Assembly: GCA_025786725.1 (NCBI GenBank)
Contig: JAHLTZ010000029.1
Location: 1 to 64,000, forward strand
Source: Syncephalis fuscata S228
Lineage: Eukaryota > Fungi > Zoopagomycota
DNA length: 64,000 bases
Reading direction: 5' to 3'
Each line of letters opens with the position of its first letter. Position 1 is the first letter of the stretch. A program made the position numbers and the translations under genes. Of the stretch, positions 39,007 through 57,131 are shown piece after piece. Below the pieces are notes generated by a model, which saw nothing but the letters and a program-made list of their open reading frames with translations, was not told the origin of the DNA and searched no databases.

Positions 39007-40985
39007 ATGGATAAACAAGCTACTTTACACGGTAGGATATTATATTAGTTACAAACTATAGTGAACGAAAGCTAATATACTTAAAATTGATATATATATA
39101 TATATATAATAATCTTTAGTTGAATGCTGCTTAAAACCGACAAGTGCTTGTCGACTATCGGTTATTCAAGAAGCGTTGCGGTCATTCATACTAGAATTAC
39201 CGTCAATAGAACCACTTGTAGCAGAAACAAAATTTTCAGATTTTCATAACAATGAGCTACTTTCTCAGCATGTAAGCCATATCACTACCGAATTAATTAT
39301 AGGTAACATATTTAAATAGATATCAATTATCTATAACAAAACTAACTAGTTAACTAATTAATTAATTAACTAGGCACGGAAAACAACTCCTTTACAATAA
39401 CAGATGCTCAACTACACCTGCATGTATATCAGTTAAATGAAGATGATGGCGCTGATCCAGAGATGGAGGATATATCGGGAGACCAGGCTGTTCTTTTCCA
39501 ACAATGGACATTGCCAGCAAAGCATTTACAAGGTCTTTGGGAAAAGTACGTAGATATAATAAAAGTAGCACAGCGTATCTAACTCTATATTAATAGTCTA
39601 ATCTATGATGAAAATGTTAAAAATCGTCTATTACGCTATGTATCTACAGCAATGCAATTCTCTCGATTAAATGTAGATCCACAGATTATCACGTGGAATC
39701 GGTTGGTAGCAACTATATTATTGATTTGTTCTTATAATCATATGACATCATTATTAGTGTTGTACTATTACATGGTCCGCCTGGAACCGGTAAAACTTCA
39801 TTATGTAAAGCATTGGCCCATAAACTATCTATTCGATTATCAGAACAGTGAGTAGCATTAAACTATTCGTATCTATAAGCATGAATAACAATATATCTAT
39901 TTATTAATTAATTAATAATATTAGATATACCTATGGTAAACTAATTGAACTTAATAGCCATAGTCTATTCTCCAAATGGTTCTCTGAGTCGGGTAAACTT
40001 GTCACAAAAGCATTTGATCGTATTGTCGAATTGACCGAGGATGAGGATGCATTTGTTTATGTACTGATTGGTAAATCCACTTTAATTTATTTAATTAATC
40101 ATATCATTAATTATACTAAACTATTTAGATGAGGTTGAAAGTTTGACAACAGCTAGAAAAACAGCACTTTCGGGCGCAGAACCATCTGATGCTATTAGAG
40201 TAAGTATAGAATAAATTAACTATCCTCATTGCTTCACTAATGAGCACACCGATCCACTAGGTAGTTAATGCTGTGTTGACACAATTAGACCGTATTCGAC
40301 GTTGTTCCAACGTACTCTTGTTGACCACGTCCAACATTACTGAGCTATAGGTACTATTTACAAATAATGACGATATTGTATTACTAGTGCTAACCAATAG
40401 TTAGATGTGGCTTTTGTCGATCGTGCTGATATTAAACAATATATAGGACTACCATCGCCACAGGCAATCTATACTATTCTCACTTCTTGTATACAAGAAT
40501 TGGTACGTGTAGGATTAGTTACTTCTAGGTAAGTATTTTCTACTAGTCTATATAGCATATTAATATTTATTGGTGTTGTTGTTGTTGTTAGCATCCATTG
40601 TTATCGTGGGGTGTTATTGAAGTAATGTATGATATGGAGGATACGCATACACCTAGTTGTATATTATATAAAACAGCAACTATTGCCCAGGTAAGTGGTA
40701 GTTATAGCCTAACGCGATTAAGTATATATTACAAGTAAAAAGCAATATTAATACCAACTATTGTTATTGTTATTAGGGACTGAGTGGCCGTGTACTTCGA
40801 AAACTGCCATTTCTTGCGTGTGCAAATCAATTAAAGGTAATCGCCCCTTATCATTAGCATATATTCAGTATTATTTACTAGCAGTATAGATTGCAACGTC
40901 AATCTCAATAGAAATGTTTTTAAACGAGTTGAAACAAGCAGTGGAGCGTGAACAGAATGATAGTGCCAAATTGAATAAAAATTAA
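39007..40985 (+). CDS. PCH2: Pachytene checkpoint AAA+ ATPase Pch2/TRIP13 (1-bp frameshift at ~40343)
   Basis: [103 protein letters not shown]. Confidence 0.93.
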
Positions 40986-42062
40986 ATAGATAATAAAAAG
41001 GTCTACTAATAGATAAAAATTGCTTATAATCTAAATTAGTATTAAAACAGTCTTCAAGTTGAGATATTATAGTCATTATAAACTGGACATTATATGCTTA
41101 TATCTCGCGTAAAAATAAGCAGAAACTTATTAAAATTGTTTTCAATATATTTAAAATAGTTAAATACATTAAATTAATACTAATTCCAAATATTTTTATT
41201 TAAATTGTAAAGTTATTTTGAAAATGTCAATAAATGTATTTATATTTGTTAGAATATATTTGTAAATTTCATTATTTTATGGCAATTACATTTAAAAGTG
41301 TAGATTGCATGTATTTGCTTTTATTACAATAAATAAATACTAAATAAACGTATAATGTATGCTAGATAATGTAACTAAGCAAAAATAAAATTATTGTCAC
41401 GTAGATTAGAATATTGGAAAGTGCAATTAGCCTGCAATGTTTATTAGCTTAATAATATAGGCGAGTATTATCATATTTTATATATTAGTTTAAATAATAT
41501 ATCAAAGTTATCAGCGTGTTATTATAACTCTATTAGAACTGTCATATATGCATACATACACCAGTATCAATAGATTTGAATAGCAATATAGGTGTGTAGT
41601 GATATGTAAGGTAAATACTGGTCCGTGTTTAGATATGCATGACATAACTACTCCTTTGACACTTGTCACCTTATTGTGATGCATGTTACAGTGCTAAATA
41701 AACAAAACATTATAATATAGCTTGACACACATTAGATGATGGTAGATTAGATGCAAACCCCTTTTTTAATCATAGACGCGATATACAAATACCACTCAAA
41801 AGCGATAGTAAAAGGAGCAAAGATCAAGTGAGTGCATGGTAAGAGGCAAAGTAGACAAATCTACTGCTATAGTGTACAACGGCAGAGGACGCACGCAAAC
41901 AGAACGGAACCATAGATAGCGACGCAAAGACGACAACATACGCGGGCTTAACGCACACTGAAATGAATGGCATCGACACTTGCTGATGCGCGTTGGAAAG
42001 AAAAGCAGCACACGATACCGATTGCAAAGGTAGACGCGCGCGCGCGCACACACACGCACCGC

Positions 42063-42440
42063 TTATTTGGCGCTGGTGTACTTGGTGACAGCCTTGGTGC
42101 CTTCAGAGACGGCGTGCTTGGCCAATTCACCTGGGAGCAATAGACGGACGGCTGTCTGGATTTCGCGGGAAGTGATGGTTGATCGCTTGTTGTAGGAGGC
42201 AAGCTTGGAGGCTTCGGCGGCAATGCGCTCAAAGATGTCGTTGACGAACGAGTTCATGATGGACATGGCCTTGTTGGAGATACCAGTGTCGGGGTGGACC
42301 TGCTTAAGGACCTTGTAGATGTAGGAAGCGTAAGTCTCACGACGACGTGGACGACGAGACTTCTTTGACTTGTCAACACCCTTGGCCGGTGCCTTGGAGG
42401 CAGTGGTGGCTGGCTTCTTTTCAGCTGGCTTTGGTGGCAT
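42063..42440 (-). CDS. HTB1: Histone H2B (intronless)
   Basis: Canonical H2B sequence [16 protein letters not shown]...[12 protein letters not shown]. Confidence 0.98.
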   Translation of the reverse strand: MPPKPAEKKPATTASKAPAKGVDKSKKSRRPRRRETYASYIYKVLKQVHPDTGISNKAMSIMNSFVNDIFERIAAEASKLASYNKRSTITSREIQTAVRLLLPGELAKHAVSEGTKAVTKYTSAK

Positions 42441-42858
42441 GTTTAGAGTGGTAGAAGTAGAAAGAAGTGGTGATCACGTAGAGATCAGAAAAGAAAGCTT
42501 ATCAGCAGTAGAACAAGATGATGATGATGCGTAAGGCAAACTGTGGTCATGGGGGATGGTGTCATCGAGTGCTTTTATCATTCCGCATCATAGTGGGGGA
42601 AAATCCAAGATTCCAAATATAAGATCACGTGAGTAATTGCAATTCGATAGCGGGTAATGATTGGCCGGTGGGCCATTAATTTTGGATTGGCTGCTTAGAA
42701 GATAAAAAGGTGATGACAAACAGTGCACCCCAGTCTGGTGTTCACCACTACTACTACTCGTACTTGTCTACTCATCTTTACGTTTACCTACGTAAACAAT
42801 TACTACGCTATTTTATTAGCCAGCTTTAAGCGCACAACACATCACAACAACTATCGAC
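42441..42858. promoter_or_regulatory. Bidirectional H2B/H2A promoter
   Basis: Head-to-head histone pair. Inverted CCAAT boxes (GATTGG 42659, 42685) and CACGTG at 42626. Confidence 0.6.
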
Positions 42859-43254
42859 ATGGCTTCCGGAAAGGCTGGTGGTAAGAGCGCTGGTGCTTCT
42901 CTTTCTTCTCGTACCCGTTCGGCCAAGGCTGGTCTCCAGTTCCCAGTTGGTCGTATCCACCGTCATCTCCGTAAGGGTAGCTACGCCCAGCGTATTGCTG
43001 CCGGTGCTCCAGTCTACTTGGCTGCCGTTCTTGAGTACTTGTCTGCTGAAATTCTTGAATTGGCCGGTAACGCTGCCCGTGATAACAAGAAGACACGTAT
43101 CATCCCACGTCACTTGCAACTCGCCATCCGTAATGACGAAGAGTTGAACAAGCTTCTTGGTCACGTCACCATTGCCCAGGGTGGTGTACTCCCCAACATC
43201 CACGCCGTTCTTCTGCCCAAGAAGACCAAGAAGATCGAATCGCAGGAGATGTAA
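42859..43254 (+). CDS. HTA1: Histone H2A with C-terminal SQEM (H2A.X-type phosphorylation motif)
   Basis: [16 protein letters not shown]...[11 protein letters not shown]...SQEM*. Confidence 0.98.
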   Translation: MASGKAGGKSAGASLSSRTRSAKAGLQFPVGRIHRHLRKGSYAQRIAAGAPVYLAAVLEYLSAEILELAGNAARDNKKTRIIPRHLQLAIRNDEELNKLLGHVTIAQGGVLPNIHAVLLPKKTKKIESQEM

Positions 43255-43527
43255 ATCGTCTAGGACAATTGCCGTCTTTGACTTTATATCTTGCTATTTC
43301 TCTTCCGTACTTGGCATTTTATTGCTTATGTTGACAAGGTCAACCATGCTTTTTATCTGTATACTATACGCTGCTGCCCATCGCCATTCTAACACTGGAC
43401 AAACTAGCGTTTGCGACGGTTTCGTGTATCTGGTTTCCGTATGAATGAATAAACATATTTCAATCGGATAATAATTGTATTAATTTGTATTATATTTTAT
43501 TACAAATGCATGTAAATAAGATTGTTT

Positions 43528-44342
43528 TTAAAGTAGTGTATCTTCTTGACGTAGATATTCACCAATATCTGCTTGATGAAAGACAACAATGGCTGTTGGA
43601 TCGAGCTTTCGTGTATCGGCCGTTGATCGAGCTGTAACACCAAATCCCTATAAATTTGAACAAATAGCAATGATTGAAACATGGTGGTTAATAAGTATAT
43701 ATATAGTCATTAAATATTAAATTTAGTAAATATATATTCAACTTACTAGTGGCGTATCAGCCATTGAATAAATAATGACCCCTTGATGTTCTGGTGTATC
43801 CTCGGTAATGCGGCCAAGATGTGCCTTGACAACATGGTTGCCGTAGAGATATGGCATTTCACCGTTTGGTTTAATCCAGACCTTGTACTATAATAAATTC
43901 AGAAATATGATCAATACATGTTAATCAATCAATCAACACTATTTACCTTGGCATATTGTGCAATGTATTCAAGTGCTGTTATTTGCAAACGAAACTTGCC
44001 CGACTTTGTAAATTTACCAAAACAAATGCCCAGTGAAGCCAAGTTATCGCGTGCCACACTTGTAGCCCGGCGCATAATAGCCTCACTATAAACAACAATT
44101 ACTTTATGTTCTTATTTGACAGCTACTAGTTAGTATTACCTCACATAATAGACACGATCTCGGTGTAGACGAAAGCAGAATTGCTCATCTTTACGATCGA
44201 TAAGATGCGTAATATTACGACCAATACTATTTAACATTGGTTTTAGATAAATATTCAGTCTATTATTATACAACAGTAATCACTTACTAATTGGCCAGCT
44301 TTTCAAAAACACTTTCGTTTCTTCTTCCGTTAGGGGACGCAT
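43528..44342 (-). CDS. NIP7: 60S ribosome biogenesis protein Nip7 (5 exons)
   Basis: [70 protein letters not shown]. Confidence 0.95.
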
Positions 44343-44699
44343 TGCCGGTAGTTAAAAGAGTAATAAACGTAGTTAAACGCAGTGTAAGTGCAATCTACGA
44401 AAAAAAAAGAAATCACAAATACTCGTCAGTGTGCAAGTATCTTCTGTGCTGAGTCGCACTGAGTGAGTGAGTGTTATTGATTCAATAGCATCAGAGTAGT
44501 GTACAAATATAATAATAAAAATTCTATTTCTTAATTTACTAGTTTTTATTATTTGTGTGTGTTATTTTGTGTGTGTGTGTGTGGTGTCAGTGAGTGAGTA
44601 TTGGACAGGCCGAACGGCACTCGCCCGCTGACTAGGCCCTCCCTCTTCGTCAACATCGACTGATCGTGCCATCGGCCAGTTGAAGCACATATATCCGAC

Positions 44700-45805
44700 A
44701 TGGTAAGTAGTAAACAATAATCATATTAATTTAGAGATGGTCAAGAAAGAGGAGGATGGATAGATGGATGGATGTATAGATGTATATAGAAACGGATGAA
44801 GCAACATAATAATATATACTATATACTATATGGATGGATGGATAAATACAAAAGTCTATATATCCTATAAACCTTCTAATAGGCTAGAATAGCCATAGAT
44901 GATATAAATTCTATATATTATAATTGGATATACAGATAAATAGATGAATGGATATATGCATAGATGGATGCATAGATGGATGCATAGATGGATGTATAAT
45001 TAATGAATAGCAATCTATAAATGCGCTATAGATATTTGGTGTACAGTATAGTGGGTGAGGGAGTGAGCATAGATAACGGACATATAGCATATATTTAATA
45101 CAGATACTAACGTTTATTACTATTATTATTATATTGTTGTATAATAGCCTACTCGTTTTAAGAAGAACAGGAAGTCACGCGGTCACGTATCGGCCGGTCA
45201 CGGTCGTATCGGTAAGTTATTAGCGGTTTAGCGTAATTTATGATAATGCATCGCCGTAATTACTATGTAAAAACAACCATATTAATGCTTGTAAATTATA
45301 GGTAAGCACCGTAAGCATCCAGGTGGTCGTGGTCTTGCTGGTGGTCAGCACCATCACCGCATCAACTTTGACAAGTACCATCCTGGTTACTTTGGTAAGG
45401 TTGGTATGCGCTACTTGCACTTGACGCGCAACAAGTTCCACTGCCCAGTCGTCAACGTCGACAAGCTCTGGACCCTTGTTACCGAGCAACACCGCCAAAA
45501 GTACAAGGATAACACCGAGGTTGTCCCCGTCATTGATACTCTCCGCGCTGTAAGTACCAATCTAACACATTATATTCTATAATGTGGATAGAATATAAAT
45601 ATAACGCGTTGATAATATTAATGATTCTAATACTGATCCTAATACTATTTATTTATTGATTGTAATAACAACACAGGGATTCGGCAAGGTTCTTGGCAAG
45701 GGTCGTTTGCCAGAGCAGCCATGCATTGTCAAGGCTCGCTACGTGAGCAAGCAGGCTGAGAAGAAGATTAAGCAAACTGGTGGTGCCGTCGTGTTGACCG
45801 CCTAA
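44700..45805 (+). CDS. RPL28: 60S ribosomal protein uL15 (yeast L28 / mammalian L27a); exons 44700-44702, 45148-45211, 45302-45549, 45677-45805
   Basis: M|[58 protein letters not shown]. Confidence 0.96.
44750..44995. repeat. Purine-rich (GATG/GATA)n degenerate repeat inside RPL28 intron 1
   Basis: ggatggatagatggatggatg and three copies of gcatagatggat. Confidence 0.7.
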
Positions 45806-45981
45806 GAAGCGTGTTTACATTTCTTCTACAGTATCGCACTCTCTCACTCTCACGACGACGATGGTTTCTATCAACGATGCGTGAATAAATCTCAGAATTA
45901 CTATTTTACTATGGTAGTCTATAATGATATTGAAGCTGTTGTTATTATTTATTTATTTATTATACAAATACATCTAGCCTA

Positions 45982-48900
45982 TTATTGTACAGCCTGATAG
46001 GCTGATAATAATTGAAGTGCCCGATAGGAAAGATGAGGAAATACGCGAGATAAACGAATCCATTGCACTTGATCTATTTCATTCTTGTTAGCTGATATGT
46101 CGTTTACCGCTTTAAACATCTCTTTTGAAGGCAATGAAAGCCATATAAGTGATGTGCGTAATAATGACGCAGCTTGTGGCCATCGATGTGCTGTATTGTT
46201 AGTGCTATCGTTATAATAGGGTTCAAATAGAACCAAATTTGCTTCTATTCGACTATAAATACTATGATCGATCCAATGATGTAACAATTCAGTATATATC
46301 TTGTATAGCTGTGCTATAGTTGTATCCTCTATCTCAATCGATTTCAACGAATGAACAGCCAATTGGATATCCCGTAGTTTAACTGGATCAATCGATATTG
46401 TATTATCTTCACTTAATTGTTGAGCAGTTCGATAAAGTGATAGAATAAATGGCCACGTATCATGTGGTAGACCATAATAATCATATCATTTAATCTACCC
46501 AGGCATTGTAACTTGACCAATTCATGATGACCATTTAACAGTGGCTGACCTTTCAATGAATGAATAATAATAACAATGAACGTGCTTCATCCGACAATTC
46601 CTCCGCCATAAGTGTAGATGATGTGTCAGTTTGTGGATCTATAGGCGGTGGAATTAACCAATTATTAATTGATGAATATCCAATACGTGCAGACTGTAAT
46701 ATAGTTAATAATTATATTTAATAAATACTATCGATAACTTACCTCATTTAACACTCTAGTAATGCTATTGGCTGTTGTACGCTTCACTAATAGTGTCCAT
46801 GATTGTGAAAATGGATCATATTGGTATGGATGCGATAGTGGTGTTAATTCAACTGGGAAATGCGATACTACAGACGGATTTAATCGTATTCTTTTAACTC
46901 TATTCAACTCAGGTAATAAACATGGACTATTCACGGTGGTCATTCTAGTAACAGACAGCTTATTGCTTGTAGTCGATGTCACTTCAATATCGAGGGGTAG
47001 TGCACATACTTCACCCGATTCAATCTCTCGTACAACTAAACAACGTGGCTCAACAGCCATGACCCATAAGTGTCTTAGCAGTTGTAAATGAGGTCGTTGA
47101 TCCATTGGATGCGATGGCCATCGGGGATAGGTGGCACACAGTAGAAGTGCAATTGCTTTAGGGTGTACGACCCAGAGTAACCCGTCCACCCCCCAGAAAT
47201 AGAAAGCCTAATGCCATATGGTTGGCCATATGATTGCCATAATGTGTATCGGTGGAAACACGTCGTTGTAGTTGACGTATAGCTTTTAATGCGGTAAGAT
47301 CACCACTGCCAGCCATAATAAGCGACCACGCCACAGCAATCACACTAATACCTTCACGTACTGCACATTTAAATATTCTATTCTCAAACGACACACCTAT
47401 AAACACAATGAGTGCCCCATTAATATGATAATATCTATCTCTAGTTACCTGATCGATTCAATAGACGGGCAAATTCAGTGAAATAGTGTTGTAGTACATT
47501 AGAGGCACGTTCATCTGCTGTACCGGCAAACCTTAATCCTATACTAAGACAAATACCGCAATAATATGACACCAAGCTGTCTGGATACTGCCACTACTAT
47601 TAATACCGTATCTTCGTTATTAAAGTGTTCATTCTGATGAATAGTATGGCGTGTATCCTTTCCTCTATCTAGCCGATCCTTCTCTTCATGTATATAGTTT
47701 GGTATACAGCGACGGACCCATTCAAGACTCGGTTCAATATCATGCCATAGAATAAGATAGTGGCATACTGTACGTAATAATAGCAGATCTGGACGTACTT
47801 GATCCAATATAAGTGGTGTTGTAGGAATAGATAGACGTGCTGCTACGGCATAGTTATTCGTTTGTAGATAAAGTAATCCTAGGGCTACAATAGCGCCATG
47901 AGTGGATAGCATGCTTAATGGATGGCTTGAATTATGTGAACTGCCCGCTATTCTTCCGCTTTCACGATAGTTAGATTCATCATTATTACTTGATTATTGT
48001 TATTGCCATTTGTAATAGTATTGTTATAGATATGTCCTTCGTGCTTATTATGATCGGTAAATCCCTCGACTAATCGACCAAGTACATGTGCCATATTTAA
48101 ATCAACCAGTCCTTGTGCCTTATCACCTTGTCCAAGCGTAATAAATCCCAAGGCGAAACCAGCCGATAAAGTGTAGCTTTCTTGACGTGCATCATCTTCA
48201 TCACAGCCACTACGTTCAACACGACCCACTTCTTGTAACATGACTTCGGTCATACGACGATGTACAGTCTCCATATAAAGTAGACCCATACCGAGTAGGG
48301 CACCTGATGGCAAATAAGAAGTAGGCAGTAGATCGGCACCGCCCCTAGGTAGGATAGCTGGAATATGTAAATTTAATATACGGCCCACTTGATCATTCAT
48401 AGTGCCACAATGAGAGGCGGCCAATCCAATAAGTAGGCCAAGCGTGATAATCTCGTGTTTAGCCGTCAAGTAACTATAAGAGTGCCAGGATATTAATTCT
48501 CGTAAATGACCATTTAATCCTAGACCATAAAGAAATCCGCCATATTGACCGGTTAATTGTTCTGGCTTATTTAAAGCAATCCACGAACTATCAATGGTGG
48601 GTGTGGATGTGGATGTGGATGTAGACGATGTAGACAATGATGGACTATAACGTAGACTGGCAGCCACGCCATTATGGAAACCGGGCCATTCTCTTACGGG
48701 CGCGGCCAATTGTAATTCATCCAATCGTATAATTGTTCTATGTCCAATAATCTTGGCTGCCACTTCTAATCGAGGTATTAAACATGGTTTACCTTGATCA
48801 ATCTCACATACAGTGGCATAAGTAAGTAGTGCTCTACCAACAGGTCGACTTAATGTTCGATTGGCCAGTTGATGAACATGATGAAGTTGCTGTTCAGACA

Positions 48901-51900
48901 AAGCATGATCACTAAATATAAATTGTTAGATATCTATTATAGATGTTTATAGTATAATGTAATAGCTACCTTAAATCTGTGGTGTTGGGTACACGTATTT
49001 TAACTATTTTGGCCGATTGTAAAAGTCGTTGTACTTCAAGTATACGTTGATCTGCATTAAATCTTGATTGAGTAATTTCATTGTCATTAACATTGGTGCC
49101 ATCATAAATATCATCTATAGCTGTATTGCCGTTACCAGTGCTGTTGGTATTATTGGCACCATTTGGATGTGTATTATAGTCTCCGTACTTATTCGTCGCT
49201 TAATTCTCTAATACAATTGACATATCGCTATAATTAGTCTTAATATGTAGTGAATATAATAACCTACTTGTTGTTCATGGTAATCCATCCATTGTTGTGG
49301 TGTCCATGTACGAGTAATCAAATCTTCTCTTCCTAACAAATATATTATATTATATTATATTATATTAATTTATATATAGCTATATCCTATATCTATCATC
49401 TCTTACCAATTAGTTTATAGGCAGATAGTGGCCAGTTATAATTGGGATGCCATTGACTATAATGATTGCTCTACGTAATAGTAAAGATATTGACATGGGC
49501 AGTGTCTCTAATTGTTGATATGTCCATCCATGTTTCACCATACAACTGATAACTGAATGTGGATCTGCCTTTTTCAATTCTGTATGTAATTCCATTAATT
49601 GCTGTGTTCGTTGACCACAATGATCATAATGAACTTGATATAATGGTGTAAATTTAAGCATCGTTGATAACATCGATGGATGAGGGAATTGTAATTGTAA
49701 TTTGCTATGTTCAAGTTGTCGTTGTGACCAGGTCCAGAATATACATGGTGGTATTTCCATTGATTTAACAGGAAATGGGACAGATTTATCTAATTATTAT
49801 TATATTAACATCAATACTAATTGCTTCTAAGTTATTACCATTAAGTGCTAATTGTCTTGTGGGTATTACTTCACCATCCCGCCAATAATGATCGATATAA
49901 GAGGTCCAACGATTTAACAAGGCTATTTGCACTAATAATTGACCTAGTCGATGTCTACCTTCAACTAATAGCATGTCTAATTTGAGATCTTCATAGATAA
50001 GATGGAGGGCATAGAATAGACTGGCTCTATACTTTTCTGGTAGTGTATTACTGCCCATCTCTTTTTGTAGTAGAAGTGCCTGTTGATACATCAATGTTAT
50101 TCGTGTGTCAATAGTGGATAATGGTATATTGAGTCGTTTAATAAGTGGATCTGTTTGATGTCGTCGATGTATTTGACTGCCCCTTAGCCATTGCCATGGG
50201 TCAGATTCTTTTATATCATTATTTCTGTCAATAGTAGAAGTATCTAATGAGTACCAGGATAGAATAACTACACAAAATTTGTGCCACTCTTGTTGATCTG
50301 ATAATTGAGTTGCTAATGAAGTGGATTGATAAGCATGGGCCATATATCTTGTATAGGCCATGGGATATAGTGTATCTGGTAGAGCATACGTAATGGCATC
50401 CCAACAATGACGTACTATAGGGGATCGAGGTGTGAAATCAAGTAGTACACGTATTGTTTTATGACGACTTGTTACAATATTAACTCGATTATAGACTGGT
50501 AATTGAAAGCGCACAATGGGCACCTTAGACATATGATTAGTATTTGGTGTCGATGGTTTAGACTGAGATTGACGGGGTTGTTTACTAATAGGTTCATGAT
50601 TTGTAGTATCTATATCGAGTGTATCACTAGATGATTTCTGTATAATGTCTGAATCGAGTGTACATATTAATGGTTGACCATTGCCATACCACAGTGCTAG
50701 AGTATAATCCGGTTTAACCACAAGTATATCACGTTGATGTCGACGTGTAGCGCATATTGCAGTGGCTGATAGAGCAGATGTATCAAATAGTTTAGATAAT
50801 TGTACACACTCTCCATTAACAGTGACCGTATAAGTGTATAGTTTTTGAATGGATGTATGTAGAATACAAATGACTTCATCTCCATTTAAATGATGACCGG
50901 TAAATACTTGAGATTGAACATTGATTATATGATCTAATAATTTTATAGATTAACATAGGACAGTATATACTATATATATATATATTATATTACCTTTTGG
51001 TTGTTTAAGTGTATTTATAAATGTGGAATCTATGGGCTCTTGCCATAGACATTCAAGCAATGTATCAGACGCCATTTCTTGGAAATGTCTTATGGTTGTT
51101 GCAATATCCAATTCAGTGCATAGACACGTTGTGGAGCAACTGTATTTAATTCGCGTCGAGCACTGATTAATGATATGGTTCGTTTTAATTCTGACTGATT
51201 AAAGTTGTCATCAAAGTTGCACGTATATCGCCATAATTGATGTTGACCCGTTAAACGATGGCGTGTCATACACCATGGCCGTTCTATATGATCGGATATC
51301 CAACAAATATCATGTTCTAGTGACATCCATTGATGATATAGTTCATTAGAGTTAATAGATTCACTTAATGGTGGCTGTTGCTGTTGCTGTATAGTAGATC
51401 GAACAGATACTGGTTTAAAGTGAGTCAATGGATCTAATAGCGTCCATAATACGGCACTTCTAGTCGATTCAGATGCCTGTTCACCTTCATCAGGTCGTCG
51501 TTGAATAAGTAGACCTGTATCAAGAGCCCAGGCATAAAGTACAGGTACAGGCATATTAACTGTATAATCATGTCCATTGTCAAGATAGAACTTTGCCATA
51601 TCATGTAATAGCACACATAAAGCCCGTATCTTTCTTTCTTAATAGTGTTGATATCCGTGGGATCATTAAACCAGACCCATAAAGCATGTGATACTGGGTA
51701 TCGTTCACGATAAAATGAAAACGATCTTACTAATTGACCCGCTTTTGACCAAATAACTTCACTGCCTTGTACGTAAAGTTCTTCATCAAATCCTTCATCT
51801 TGTAGCCATTTTGATGAACTGGTATCCCGTTGAAGGATATTCGATATAGGTGACTGATAGATATGAGTGGGCTGTTCTCCAACTACATATCCCGGTGAAA

Positions 51901-52132
51901 GCTGAACAGAACCACATACTGTACTACACTGATTGACTGACGAGCCTATAGAAGGACCTGGTGCCGAATAGATATCATTAGCAATAAGTGGTGTTATTGT
52001 TGCGCGACTCTGTTGTGTACTTTTAGGTCGAGGATGACTAAAGGTAGACGGTGAAGGTGGACGGACTGGTGGATTATCCTTTAAATACCGTGAACCAAAA
52101 GGAATGAATTCGTTTAAAAAACGAATTTCCAT
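45982..52132 (-). CDS. APC1: Anaphase-promoting complex subunit 1 (fragmented by introns and several frameshifts)
   Basis: DEELYVQGSEVIWS, LHLIYEDLKLD, RTLSRPVGRA, WPGFHNGVAASL, GGFLYGLGLNGHL, ESYTLSAGFALG, HYGNHMANHMALGFLFLGGG, HLQLLRHLWVMAVEPR. Confidence 0.92.
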
Positions 52133-52432
52133 CGTGTTTAACGAAGTGAATACGCAATATAAAGTAGAAAAAAGACAAGATCAATAGTGTCAATAAAGAA
52201 GTGCAATAAGTAATACGCGTGTGTAAATATGAATTAATTATAGACATAGTGACGCCATGATTTATTAATCAAAAAGTCTATTTATTGGCCCCATTGACGG
52301 CAATGTCAGTGTCTTCACTCCGATAACTCGATTATCATAGCTATAGTAACTATTGCCCTTCACATTGATTTTGTTCATTTTATTTCGTATCTATTCTATA
52401 TATCGTTTATAGTTAAAGTAAAAGAGGTTAAC

Positions 52433-54212
<1,780 letters not shown>

Positions 54213-54430
54213 CAGCAAGTAAATAATGGCTATAATTACTTATGCTTCATCGGATACAATGTCCATCAAATAAAGCGTTTATAACCAATATGATTACATT
54301 TTATATAGTATTGAATTATTAATAAGCTTAATTCATTTTAATAAACAACAGGTTTGTTTACCATAAAATACACCAAAAATGGTCCACACCAGTCATTTTT
54401 GTTCTCCCACTCCTTTGAATTAACAACGGA

Positions 54431-56493
<2,063 letters not shown>

Positions 56494-57131
56494 AATTTAA
56501 TATACAAATATATTTATTATTTTATATGTAGTGTGCTGTCATAAAACATTATTAAATAGTTAGGCCATATGAATTGTGTGCTTGATTAGCGCTATTTTCT
56601 TATTTATATAAAAGATGTAGCTATAAGCTAGTATTCAAAGGTTTTACTATTTCATAATATGTAATTTTAACAATATAGAATATATAAATTACTGTATATT
56701 TTAAATTTCTACAAATAAATTATCAGTGCTTACATAAATAGTCCTCGTCATTTTGCCGCAGCGGTGTGTTAATTTATTTGTTCTAAATAAATTAGAATGA
56801 CTTCATTCGCCTATGCTTATCCTTGTTTTCTGCAGCAAATACAAGTTTATTATGCGCAGTTTATACCAATATGACAGCAGTACCCATAAATTTATTATCC
56901 AATTAGCATACTTGAAACTTTGTATAAACTAGTACCGGGGTCCCAGTGTAACATACAATCACTGTAATATATACCGTAGGGCATTGGTTCCCAATAGGCA
57001 AGAAATCATCTACTTATTCTTTTTAATTGTATAAATTTCTAAAACCTACAGCCCAGCCATTTATTATCTATTATTCTTATATTAATACAAATAAGATATC
57101 TTGTTTATACTATATTATAACAACAACAACA

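Noticed and set aside
41796-42060. Metazoan-type histone stem-loop or an extra gene downstream of H2B
   Set aside because: No GGYYYTT..AGRGCC stem-loop seen; the region is 3'UTR with a (GC)n(AC)n tract.
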